Source: a virus
IMG/VR virus record: IMGVR_UViG_3300037189_013673
Coordinates: 6,513-70,512 of that record
Length of the DNA stretch: 64,000 nt
Direction: 5' to 3' (one strand)
Under the pieces are notes generated by a model. It had not been told where the DNA came from and did not search any database. It was given only the letters and a program-made list of their open reading frames with translations. Positions 55,725 to 64,000 of this stretch are shown here, piece after piece (position 1 is the stretch's first letter; each line of letters opens with the position of its first letter). A program made the position numbers and the translations under genes.

Positions 55725-56390
55725 TTAATCAATTCCTTCTTCTCTTTTATCTGATAAACTCATTACGTGATAAGTTGGTTGATTTTCAGATTTTAAATTT
55801 TTTCCATGTATTGACATTTGCTCTATTAAAGACCAATCATGACCATAATGTTCATTGTGTTTAGGCATTTGCTTTAAAAAGTCAGTTTTTATAATTAATT
55901 CTGAATGACCAATATGACCATATTGCAATTGTGCGTTTCTAATTTGGTTGTTTGGTACAACTAAACTATTAAAATATACAAAGTCTAATTCTGTATTTTC
56001 TATTGCTGATAAATAGTTTTCAAAATGATTTGGTAATATTACATCATCATTAGCAAAAAATATAAAATATTTACCTTCTGCATTTTCAATGTTGTTATTT
56101 GTAATTACATAACCATGTCCACCTTTATTTTTTGGGTTGTTAGCTATATATAAATCATTTCCTCTATTACTGCAATCTGCTCTTAAATCGTTGAAATATC
56201 CACTTTTCAAAAAATCTTCCATAATAGGACAACCATCTCCAATAACTAATGCTTCCCAATCATTTGCAGTTTGATTAGCAATACACTCAATTGCTCTTAT
56301 AGTACCTTTTCTTCTACCAAAACAAGGCATTGATAATGTTAGTCTTTTCATTCTTTTATAATTTTTAAACAATATTCCCAATCTTGACAA
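55725..56390 (-). CDS. GT2-like glycosyltransferase
   Basis: MPCFGR, VIGDGC, FFANDD.ILPNH, HDW; true start probably the internal MKRL. Confidence 0.8.
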   Translation of the reverse strand: MSRLGILFKNYKRMKRLTLSMPCFGRRKGTIRAIECIANQTANDWEALVIGDGCPIMEDFLKSGYFNDLRADCSNRGNDLYIANNPKNKGGHGYVITNNNIENAEGKYFIFFANDDVILPNHFENYLSAIENTELDFVYFNSLVVPNNQIRNAQLQYGHIGHSELIIKTDFLKQMPKHNEHYGHDWSLIEQMSIHGKNLKSENQPTYHVMSLSDKREEGID

Positions 56391-57043
56391 ATGCTATTTA
56401 CTTCTTTACCATCAAATTTTAATTTCTGATAATCGTTTTCTTTAATATATTTAGCTGGATTGCCAACATAAGTTCCAAAGCATTGAATGTTTGATTTCTT
56501 TGTTACAATAGTTCCCATACCAAGCATTGCAAATCTGCCAATTTCAGAAAACTGATGCAATATTGCTCCAAGGCCTAAATTTGCAAATTGTCCAATTATA
56601 GAATGTCCTCCTACTAATACATTACAACTTATGGTTACATTACTTTCAACCATTACATCATGTCCTAAATGTGAACCTCTTAACATTATACAATTATTAG
56701 TTAATTGTGTTTTTCTTTCGCATCCAGCATTAATTGTTACATATTCTCTTATGATATTATCATCTCCTATGCAAACACCTTTATTTGGCTTTCCAAAATA
56801 TGCTTTATGCTCTGGCTCACTTCCTATAACTGCAAAAGATTCAATAGTGTTATTGTTGCCAATAATTGTTTTTCCAGTTATTACGCAATAAGCACCAATC
56901 TTATTTCCTTTGCCTAAAATAACATCTTTGCCAATTATTGCAGTTGGATGAATGTTGTTATCTTTATAAATAGTATAAATATCTAAACTTCCGTTAATTA
57001 TATTGTTTTGATTTTTGTTTTGTTCTGGCGTTGTGTCTTTCAT
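56348..57043 (-). CDS. LpxA-like hexapeptide-repeat acyltransferase
   Basis: IHPTAII, IG..N.IREYVTI..G, H.GHD, GNPAK. Confidence 0.85.
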   Translation of the reverse strand: MKDTTPEQNKNQNNIINGSLDIYTIYKDNNIHPTAIIGKDVILGKGNKIGAYCVITGKTIIGNNNTIESFAVIGSEPEHKAYFGKPNKGVCIGDDNIIREYVTINAGCERKTQLTNNCIMLRGSHLGHDVMVESNVTISCNVLVGGHSIIGQFANLGLGAILHQFSEIGRFAMLGMGTIVTKKSNIQCFGTYVGNPAKYIKENDYQKLKFDGKEVNSICQDWEYCLKIIKE

Positions 57044-57045
57044 GA

Positions 57046-57144
57046 TTAAAATAAGTTTTTAAATAATTTGTAAATTGAAAATATAATAAAAAAAACGCAT
57101 AGCCACGCTAACACTTCAATAAGTGCTTTATCAAATTTTTTCAT
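57046..57144 (-). CDS. 32-aa TM microprotein (not in ORF track)
   Basis: MKKFDKALIEVLAWLCVFFIIFSIYKLFKNLF*. Confidence 0.45.
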   Translation of the reverse strand: MKKFDKALIEVLAWLCVFFIIFSIYKLFKNLF

Positions 57145-57226
57145 AATTTTATTCTTTTATATATCCGACTAAAATAAATTTTCCATAACACCATTTGTAA
57201 TATGGTACTTGATTTTCTTTCATAAC

Positions 57227-57961
57227 TTATTTTTTTAATAGTTGATTGATTTTAAATTTAGTTTCTTTTGGAAAATCATTTGATAATACCCAATCTAAAT
57301 ATTTTTTATCTTCTAAAATAGGTTTATTAATTAATTTACCAAATGACCAACATACAACTCCATTTTCATCTATATAAGTTTTACCTGAAACATCATATCT
57401 TTTTTTACTTCCTTGGCAAAAATCATCTATTTCTTTTGCGGTGATTTCATCTTTACCATCTATTTGATGAAATAATATTTGTAAAGTAGCTCTAGTATCA
57501 TTTAAAGCATCATGAGAACCTTCTAAATCTTTTCCGGTATATCTTTTATAAACATCAGCAAGTTTATTCGGTCTTAATAATCTTTCGTATTTTAATACAT
57601 CTATTAAATTATATTCCCAATCTAAAAAAATAACAGATAATCTAGCATATTCTTCACATAGTAAAGGAATATCAAAGTTATTAGAATTATAACCTGCAAT
57701 ATCACAGTTTTTAAAAACCTCGTATATTGTTTTAGCTATATCACTAAAAAATGGAGCTTTTTTTACCATATTATCAGTAATACCATGAACATCACTTGCT
57801 TCTTTTGGTATAGGTATTATAGGATTTACTAAAAACTTATTTTCTTCAGTAGTTCCATCCATATTTAATTTGACGTATGCTAATTGAACTATTCTTGAGT
57901 TTATTATATCTGTTCCTGTTGTTTCTAAATCGAAAAATACGATTGGTCTTATTAGTTTCAT
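57227..57961 (-). CDS. DEDDh 3'-5' exonuclease (DnaQ-like)
   Basis: FFDLETTG, HGI, GYNS..FD, HDALND. Confidence 0.9.
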   Translation of the reverse strand: MKLIRPIVFFDLETTGTDIINSRIVQLAYVKLNMDGTTEENKFLVNPIIPIPKEASDVHGITDNMVKKAPFFSDIAKTIYEVFKNCDIAGYNSNNFDIPLLCEEYARLSVIFLDWEYNLIDVLKYERLLRPNKLADVYKRYTGKDLEGSHDALNDTRATLQILFHQIDGKDEITAKEIDDFCQGSKKRYDVSGKTYIDENGVVCWSFGKLINKPILEDKKYLDWVLSNDFPKETKFKINQLLKK

Positions 57962-57974
57962 GGTTTTTGTTTTT

Positions 57975-58601
57975 TTATTGATTAAATGCTGTAAAATAAG
58001 TTTCTTGATGAGGTTCTCCGCCCCATTTATTTATATAGTTCTGTCTATATTCCATAAATCTACTATTTAAACTAGGGTCTTTTGCAATAGTCATAGAGTT
58101 TCTATAGATTTCTGGATTAAGTATTTCTGAGTAATACATTTTTATATTTAATAAAGTCATTCTTCTCATATAATCATTATCATTATAATAATTAGGAAAA
58201 TTATCTTGGTCAAATAATCCTACTTTATTAAAAGTTTCTAGTTTTAATATAAAGCTTGACCAATTGCAAAATGAATTATAAAATCCATAACCTTGATTGG
58301 TTTCTAAAAATAATTTTATTGTTTGTTCTGTTTTACCTAAATAAACATCATCATTTAAAATTAATACATCTGTAGCTTTAACTCTACTAGCATAATCCAT
58401 TATTACATTCCAGCTTCCACTTACATTTAAGTTTGATTCTGGTCTATAAATAGCAAATTTATTTTCTCTAGTTAATATTTCTTGACCTCCATTGTCAATT
58501 ATAAAAATTTCTGTATTTTGAAAATCTTCAAAATATCTCATTAGTGCATCATTAAGTAAATCTGCACGGTTAATTGTTGGTATTCCAATTAAAAGTTTCA
58601 T
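57975..58601 (-). CDS. GT2-like glycosyltransferase
   Basis: IPT.NR.DLL, IIDNG, ILNDD, VG.FD..F..YY.D.DY. Confidence 0.85.
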   Translation of the reverse strand: MKLLIGIPTINRADLLNDALMRYFEDFQNTEIFIIDNGGQEILTRENKFAIYRPESNLNVSGSWNVIMDYASRVKATDVLILNDDVYLGKTEQTIKLFLETNQGYGFYNSFCNWSSFILKLETFNKVGLFDQDNFPNYYNDNDYMRRMTLLNIKMYYSEILNPEIYRNSMTIAKDPSLNSRFMEYRQNYINKWGGEPHQETYFTAFNQ

Positions 58602-58607
58602 TGTTTT

Positions 58608-58739
58608 TTAGTTTTCTTGTTCGTATGCTTTTTTACATTCTTTAGAGCAATAAGTATTACTACATTCTTCTCCACAAAATTGACATTCATTTTCTAGTCT
58701 TTCAGGTGGGCTTTCTGTTTTCCAATCGTCGTAATTCAT
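58608..58739 (-). CDS. 43-aa Cys-rich (zinc-finger-like) microprotein (not in ORF track)
   Basis: CQFCGEEC...YCSKEC. Confidence 0.6.
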   Translation of the reverse strand: MNYDDWKTESPPERLENECQFCGEECSNTYCSKECKKAYEQEN

Positions 58740-58741
58740 TT

Positions 58742-58933
58742 TTAAATTCTATTTAGTGATATGTTTTTACAAAATCTAATATCTTGATTGCTTAAAGTCC
58801 AAATTTCACCATTATTCATAGCACATACAAAAAGTAAGTTATGTTCTTGAGAATAATCTATAATACAAAAAGCGTAACCTTCCATATCATCAGATATTCT
58901 ATAAATAGGTAACATTGGATTTAACTGTAACAT
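58742..58933 (-). CDS. Conserved small phage protein
   Basis: LQLNP..P ... G.A...IDYSQEH.L ... GEIW...N..IR. Confidence 0.7.
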   Translation of the reverse strand: MLQLNPMLPIYRISDDMEGYAFCIIDYSQEHNLLFVCAMNNGEIWTLSNQDIRFCKNISLNRI

Positions 58934-58936
58934 TTT

Positions 58937-59239
58937 TTAATAAATTTCTCCAGTCTCCATATCAACAGTAAGTTGAATAGATTTTTTTTGTGTTATTTGT
59001 AATTTTTCTATAATTGCAGAAGTATAATATTTATCTTGATGTTTTTTTGATTTTATAAAATAATCAATTTTAACTATATCTCCTTTTTCTAAATTTATTT
59101 GTCTACAAAGAACAATAATAGATTGATAAGCAATAAAAGAAATAGGAAAATAAGATTCTTCTTTTTTATGCATAATGACTATTTGAGCAACATTATCTGC
59201 TACATCAATTATATCCATTATTTTCCCTTTTGCTACCAT
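58937..59239 (-). CDS. Putative OB-fold ssDNA-binding protein
   Basis: G.I..I, GD.VKI.Y.I.S....KYYTS pattern; acidic tail. Confidence 0.5.
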   Translation of the reverse strand: MVAKGKIMDIIDVADNVAQIVIMHKKEESYFPISFIAYQSIIVLCRQINLEKGDIVKIDYFIKSKKHQDKYYTSAIIEKLQITQKKSIQLTVDMETGEIY

Positions 59240-59273
59240 AAATTATTATTATAAACAAAAATAATTATTATTC

Positions 59274-60098
59274 TTAATACTTTAACATTTCTATATTAAT
59301 TTTTTGTAATAAAGTTATTAAATCTACTTTTGTTAACCATCTATTAACTACAAACTCTCTAGCATTCTTTTTAATGACATCTTCTTTTTCAAATTTAAAA
59401 TCTGCAACAGTTTTAAAAGAATGATGCTTAATTACGCTTTCTAAAGCTTTTTGTTTTTTTTGCCTTTCATATTCTTTTTTTCCAAATTCCATAGCTTCGG
59501 CTATTAGTTCTTTAGATAACTCTACTAGCTTATTATGTTTTATAAAATTGTATATGCTATCTCCTGCATCTTTATAATACAATCCTTTTCCACAATCTTC
59601 GTAAGCAATAGATAATAACTTTTTAAAATTTACTATTCTCTCTTCATTAGATATTGGTATAACTTCTGTTTCTTGTACTTTTTCTATTTGTGTTTTTACT
59701 TTAAAGACAACTTCCATTTTATGCTCTTGATAAGCTTTAAGTACTTTACTAATATAAATTGGAGATAGTTTACCGTAAGGTTCTGCATCTGTTTTAAGAT
59801 TACCTAAAGTTATAAGATTAATACATTCTTTTAAATCATAAGCGTTAAAAGAAGGAAAATGTTCTTTAATAAAATTAGCTAATGTGTTTAATTCTACAGC
59901 TTGCGGAGTTTCTACACCTACATAATTTGACCATCTTACTATTAAAGAATTAATAAGCATTAAATCTTCTTTAGTAGAATAGTCTTTTAATCTTTTACTA
60001 GTCGTATGTGCATTATATAAATTTATTTCCTTAGAAGTAGTGTTTGGTAATACTTTAGTTATTGAAACCGAGTTCTGTTGCTTTGATAACTTGTTCAT
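59274..60098 (-). CDS. Hypothetical replication-associated protein
   Basis: Overlaps the replication initiator gene. Confidence 0.6.
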   Translation of the reverse strand: MNKLSKQQNSVSITKVLPNTTSKEINLYNAHTTSKRLKDYSTKEDLMLINSLIVRWSNYVGVETPQAVELNTLANFIKEHFPSFNAYDLKECINLITLGNLKTDAEPYGKLSPIYISKVLKAYQEHKMEVVFKVKTQIEKVQETEVIPISNEERIVNFKKLLSIAYEDCGKGLYYKDAGDSIYNFIKHNKLVELSKELIAEAMEFGKKEYERQKKQKALESVIKHHSFKTVADFKFEKEDVIKKNAREFVVNRWLTKVDLITLLQKINIEMLKY

Positions 60099-60699
60099 AA
60101 TTGTCTTCTTGTTTTGTTTTTTCTACTACTAGTTTTTCGTTAAGATATGATTCGAATTTATTACCAAATAATGTATTAGGGGTTAAATAATCTTCCATTT
60201 TAGTTCCTTTCCATTTTATAGTTTTTACTTCAATAACTTTAATAAAATCATCAAATTCGTAACCATCTTTTAATCTAGCATTAATATTTGATATTGCTAT
60301 TTTAGAATTTGCTTTGTAACTTTTACCTGTGCATTTATTTAAGTGGTCAATTACTAATTCTATTATCTCTGTGTTATCTATAGGTTTTGGTTTTTCTTTT
60401 TTAATCTGTTTTGGCTTTTCAATTATTATTTCATTTTCTAAAATTTCTTCTTGTAATAATTTAACAAGTATTAAACTATTTCTTTTTCTAATAAAATAAT
60501 GTGTTTTTACAAAACTTGGAAATATTTTTAAACCATAATCTACTATTCTATAATAACTGCTTTTAGGAATTTTTGGTGGAAGAAGTAATTTAATTTCTTG
60601 AGTTTGTTCTCCTGAAAATTCAATTAAAATTCTCATCCAAGATTGATAATGATTTGAACTTTTGCTTCGCAAATGTTTTATGAATAGCAAAATTTCCAT
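60055..60699 (-). CDS. Phage replication initiator-like protein (conserved phage C-terminal domain)
   Basis: ID.LN..TGKSY, I.ARL..GY..DDF..VI, YL.P.TLFG.KFESYLN. Confidence 0.8.
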   Translation of the reverse strand: MEILLFIKHLRSKSSNHYQSWMRILIEFSGEQTQEIKLLLPPKIPKSSYYRIVDYGLKIFPSFVKTHYFIRKRNSLILVKLLQEEILENEIIIEKPKQIKKEKPKPIDNTEIIELVIDHLNKCTGKSYKANSKIAISNINARLKDGYEFDDFIKVIEVKTIKWKGTKMEDYLTPNTLFGNKFESYLNEKLVVEKTKQEDNYEQVIKATELGFNN

Positions 60700-60704
60700 A
60701 ATTA

Positions 60705-60935
60705 TTAATCTTCAATAAGTTCATCATAAGATACATTAAGTGCATTTTTAATTTGACGTATCGTGTCTACATTGTAATTAAGTCTTTTGCCATTTATTAA
60801 CTCATTTAAAATATAAATACTAGGCGCTTTACCATTATTGGTTTTTATTATTAATTCTCTAAAATCTTTTTGAGTCATTCCTCTTTGAATTAAAATCTTA
60901 TGTAACTTAGTTACTTGTATTTCTATCTTTTCCAT
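60705..60935 (-). CDS. XRE-family HTH regulator
   Basis: L..IL..RGMTQ ... L..LING ... I..AL.VS..ELI. Confidence 0.75.
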   Translation of the reverse strand: MEKIEIQVTKLHKILIQRGMTQKDFRELIIKTNNGKAPSIYILNELINGKRLNYNVDTIRQIKNALNVSYDELIED

Positions 60936-61145
60936 TTATATTTTTAAAATTTGAACTGCTTTATCAAAATTTTTTGTTGTAGCAAGTTCGTTATAAGTTT
61001 CAATAAAATTTTTATTGCCATCTGTAAATAAATAATTATTAATCTTTACTACAATAGCATCATAGTTTATTGATTTGTTTTTTACAGAAATTTCATTAGC
61101 TAGATTATGTACTGCTTCAAAAGTTACTGATTTAATTGTTTTCAT
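60936..61145 (-). CDS. Hypothetical protein
   Basis: 69-aa ORF. Confidence 0.6.
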   Translation of the reverse strand: MKTIKSVTFEAVHNLANEISVKNKSINYDAIVVKINNYLFTDGNKNFIETYNELATTKNFDKAVQILKI

Positions 61146-61599
61146 AAGGATTGTTTTTTAAAATGTAAGTTGTATAATCTAAAGAGCCCCATAATTCTTT
61201 ATTTTTAATAGACTTTATTTCCATGCCTCTTTTTTTTAATTGATAAATTATAGCACCTAATCTATCTATTCCATAAACCATTATTGCTGTACAATAAGTT
61301 ATTTTGCCTTCAGAAATTAAATGAGCTCTTACTAAATCAGTATCATTTGTATAAAATTCTAAATTAAAAACTTCATTTTCAATTTTTTCTCTTTTTTTCC
61401 TACGTGTCCTTTTTATAAAATTAAATTTATTTTTAATTTCAGAAAAATACTTTCCTATTTTTTCATGCTTTTCTAAAGACGGAGTTTTAGTACTTAAGTC
61501 TGTTAGATTTTGAACTGTTTCAAATTTTTGTTTTTTGATAATTTGCTTTTCTGGTTTACTTCCAAAAATAGCTTTAAAAAATTTCTTGATTAGTGACAT
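61132..61599 (-). CDS. Protein with C-terminal winged-HTH
   Basis: HL...G.IT...A...YGI.RL.A.IY.L...G..I. Confidence 0.65.
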   Translation of the reverse strand: MSLIKKFFKAIFGSKPEKQIIKKQKFETVQNLTDLSTKTPSLEKHEKIGKYFSEIKNKFNFIKRTRRKKREKIENEVFNLEFYTNDTDLVRAHLISEGKITYCTAIMVYGIDRLGAIIYQLKKRGMEIKSIKNKELWGSLDYTTYILKNNPYENN

Positions 61600-61676
61600 T
61601 GTTTTTAAGTTTTAAGGTTAAGTTATACAAATCTATTAAATTATTTTTATAATACAAATATATCTTTTAAAATATT

Positions 61677-61841
61677 TTATATTTTTTTTATTTTGGTTTC
61701 ATTTAAAGCTTCTTCTACCATTTTTCTACAATTATCAGGGACTATAAATACAAGTACAGCCTCTAATGTTAATCTACAAGTTAAATACTTTTCTTTAAGC
61801 ATTTGGTTTTCTTCTTTTAGTTTTTCTAATTCTTCGTACAT
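61677..61841 (-). CDS. 54-aa hypothetical protein (not in ORF track)
   Basis: MYEELEKLKEENQMLK...; fits strand and gap. Confidence 0.55.
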   Translation of the reverse strand: MYEELEKLKEENQMLKEKYLTCRLTLEAVLVFIVPDNCRKMVEEALNETKIKKI

Positions 61842-61849
61842 AGCTTTTA

Positions 61850-62218
61850 TTATTTATCGTATTCAATATAATCTAGACCCATAAAAATTCTACATGCATC
61901 ATCAAATAATTGTATTTGAACTTCTTTTCCTGTTTCACTATCAATACAGTTTACTAATTGATATTCATAACCGCTAGTTGATTTACCTTTTGTTATTTTA
62001 CCTGTACGGTAAAAACGTTTAGGTTCATCTGTTGCGTATACTATAATATCAGTTGTATCTCCGTCATTAAATATAACAGTTACAGTTGCATACTTAGCTT
62101 CGCTAATTTTATTATTTACATTTATTACATAAGAAGTATATTTTTCTACAAATGTTTTTTGTGCACTACAAAGTATACTTATTAATGCAATAGAAATAAT
62201 GAATAATTTTTTTTTCAT
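61850..62218 (-). CDS. Exported protein with signal peptide
   Basis: MKKKLFIISIALISILCSAQ. Confidence 0.75.
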   Translation of the reverse strand: MKKKLFIISIALISILCSAQKTFVEKYTSYVINVNNKISEAKYATVTVIFNDGDTTDIIVYATDEPKRFYRTGKITKGKSTSGYEYQLVNCIDSETGKEVQIQLFDDACRIFMGLDYIEYDK

Positions 62219-62246
62219 TTTTATTTTTTTTAAGTTATTAAATAAA

Positions 62247-62290
62247 AATGCTCCTAAACAAATAAATCATTTAGGAGCATTCTTTTTTTT
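62247..62290. terminator. Intrinsic terminator hairpin
   Basis: aatgctcctaaa...tttaggagcatt flanked by A- and T-runs. Confidence 0.75.
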
Positions 62291-62291
62291 A

Positions 62292-63158
62292 TTAGTATAC
62301 TTTAGGAATAGATTCTAAAATGATTTTGTATGCGTTTAAGTTCTTTCTATAACCTGAACCAACCATAATGTTTTCTAAAGATTTTACAGCTTTAACATCA
62401 TCATGATTTGTTTTAAAAGTAACTGCGTTGAATAAACCCCAAAGAGTGTTTCCATGAGATTGTAATTCAGAATCTAATATGTTATTAAATCTAGTTAGCT
62501 CATTTATTTTTCTTGTAGAAAATTCATCTGTCTTTTTTTGAAAATCTTCTTCTTGAAAACCAAATAAATCAGCTATTACTTTTTTAGTAACTTTATTATC
62601 TAATTTTACATCAGCCATTCTTTTGTAATTTTCCATTAAATGGCTTTCTGATTGTAACATTGTTTTTATTTGTTCTCTAGCCACTCTAACTCTTTCATTA
62701 GCTGATGCACTATGTCTAAACTTATTTACGTCTTTTAACGCAACGTGGAATGTGTTTTTACATACAACAACAGTATTAGTTAATCCATATCCAATAGAAG
62801 AAGAACCGTCATGAGAATTTAAACTAGTTAAATATCTTTTAATAGTATCATTCGCAACTACTTCATCTTTTAATTGTGCTTGATAGTATATTTTTTTACC
62901 ACCAGATAATTCACCACCTGTAAATTTTTCAGTAACATCAATAGATGCTTCGATAAGATGCTCTGCTAAAGTAGAGTTTTGCATTAACTCATATTGCTTA
63001 CCTACTGTACCTAACCATTTATTGTTGTCATTTCTAAAAAGACCGAAAGACTCTGTTAAGTAACCATCACCACAAACTAAAGGTTTTTTGTTTACACTCC
63101 AATTAGTGTTAGTTTGTTCTAATAAATCAAAAGTTTGATTAAAAATTTTTGTTTCCAT
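62292..63158 (-). CDS. DUF932-family protein
   Basis: LG.VG..Y...QN, G.L.GG, NSHDGS, VVC.NT, TLWGLFNAVT. Confidence 0.85.
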   Translation of the reverse strand: METKIFNQTFDLLEQTNTNWSVNKKPLVCGDGYLTESFGLFRNDNNKWLGTVGKQYELMQNSTLAEHLIEASIDVTEKFTGGELSGGKKIYYQAQLKDEVVANDTIKRYLTSLNSHDGSSSIGYGLTNTVVVCKNTFHVALKDVNKFRHSASANERVRVAREQIKTMLQSESHLMENYKRMADVKLDNKVTKKVIADLFGFQEEDFQKKTDEFSTRKINELTRFNNILDSELQSHGNTLWGLFNAVTFKTNHDDVKAVKSLENIMVGSGYRKNLNAYKIILESIPKVY

Positions 63159-63192
63159 AATTGTTTTTTGTTTATTGTTAAAGTTTCTTGAG

Positions 63193-63200
63193 CAAATATA
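63193..63200 (-). promoter_or_regulatory. Bacteroidota -7 promoter element
   Basis: TATATTTG on - strand upstream of ORF 63158. Confidence 0.6.
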
Positions 63201-63364
63201 ATAAATATTATTTAAGATATAAAATATTATTTAAAATATTTTATATTTTTAATATTAAATTAACTATTAAAGCAATTATAAATATTAAAGCTAATGCAGA
63301 TAATACAATGTTTGCTTTTTTCAAAAGTGCTATTAATTCTTCTTTATCTTTTGGTTTCATAATC

Positions 63365-63952
63365 TTATTTGTTTTTAAATTGTTCAAACCATTTATTAAA
63401 TACCCCTATAAGAATATTGTTTCTACCCATAGTATAAGCATCTTTAACTATTACTTCAACTTCTTCCTCACTATAACTTCTTTCTTGTTGCCATTTAGCA
63501 CTTACTTTCATTGCAGTAATAATAGAAGATGGGTTATATGTTTTTTCATCTTCAAAATGTTTTTTCACAAATTCTATACAAAAATCTTCAAGTGTTTCTT
63601 GTTTAAGTTTAGAATTATGCCATCTTAAATTTGATGGTATATCAAGTTGTTGTTCTAACTCAAACATTTCTTTTTCTAAATCTTGTTTAGGTTCATAATA
63701 AGTTGGAAGTCTAACAATAGTTGGTTCTTCTTTTGGAATGATGATTTTGTATTCCATATAAGTAAACCATTTGGCTTCAATCTCAACCTCCTCACAACTT
63801 GGATTCTTCACAAACCATTCTAAAAACTCATCATCAATAGCTTGTACACCATCTTTAATTAAGTCTTGGTCTGTTGTCATTATTACTAATTTACATTCAG
63901 ACAAATCAGTTAAATAATTAGGAAATTTATTTAAAATAAGTCCACTTTCCAA
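63365..63952 (-). CDS. Bacteroidota-phage-type hypothetical protein (start may lie beyond window)
   Basis: TTDQDLIKDGVQAIDDEFLEWFVKNPSCE, YKIIIPKEE, AKWQQERSYSEEEV blocks. Confidence 0.7.
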   Translation of the reverse strand: MESGLILNKFPNYLTDLSECKLVIMTTDQDLIKDGVQAIDDEFLEWFVKNPSCEEVEIEAKWFTYMEYKIIIPKEEPTIVRLPTYYEPKQDLEKEMFELEQQLDIPSNLRWHNSKLKQETLEDFCIEFVKKHFEDEKTYNPSSIITAMKVSAKWQQERSYSEEEVEVIVKDAYTMGRNNILIGVFNKWFEQFKNK

Positions 63953-64000
63953 CTGCCATTTACCATCGTGTGGTCTTACATCTTTAATTTCTTCATTAGA

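Larger units (their letters stand above)
1..64000. mobile_element. Fragment of a Bacteroidota-infecting dsDNA virus genome, probably tailless and membrane-containing
   Basis: Dense co-oriented short ORFs; RecT, replication initiator, endolysin, DNA-modification genes and packaging ATPase; no host housekeeping genes; TAnnTTTG promoters. Confidence 0.93.

Noticed and set aside
16504-63628. Numerous short + strand ORFs in the track (e.g. 19174, 28363, 33441, 35880, 40260, 50516, 56631, 63188)
   Set aside because: Overlap well-supported - strand genes, often start at TTG/GTG without a leader, and have antisense-type composition
1-64000. Alternative genetic code, tRNA or rRNA genes
   Set aside because: Standard code gives dense full-length ORFs; no cloverleaf- or rRNA-like GC-rich segment noticed (tRNAscan not run)

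Overview
The whole window looks like an internal fragment of an AT-rich (roughly 25% GC by eye) dsDNA virus of a Bacteroidota (Flavobacterium-like) host. The host call rests on TAnnTTTG promoters, A-rich leaders and the lack of Shine-Dalgarno sites. The + strand at 1-8.6 kb carries a DNA-modification cluster (T4 gp42-type dCMP hydroxymethylase, amino acid:DNA transferase-like, PLP enzyme, MazG, DUF6378-like) and an exonuclease/RecT pair. The - strand at 8.7-53.5 kb is a long late/structural block with no recognisable terminase, portal, HK97 capsid or tail gene. Instead it has an FtsK/HerA (A32-like) packaging ATPase, two tandem beta-rich 233-aa capsid-like paralogs plus a third divergent copy, more than 30 small single-TM proteins, spike-like proteins, a sulfation/glycosylation cassette, lysis genes, a MoxR ATPase and GG-motif-punctuated polyproteins, one ending in an ADP-ribosyltransferase-like domain. 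The - strand at 53.9-64 kb carries glycosyltransferases and replication/early genes. Best overall inference: an unusually large tailless, membrane-containing phage. Main leads: (i) two distinct recurring candidate proteolytic-processing motifs, (ii) a possible amino-acid-type cytosine hypermodification pathway, (iii) two promoter-to-terminator small RNAs antisense to start-codon leaders, (iv) apparent GATC avoidance. All family assignments are from motif recognition by eye; no database search was run.
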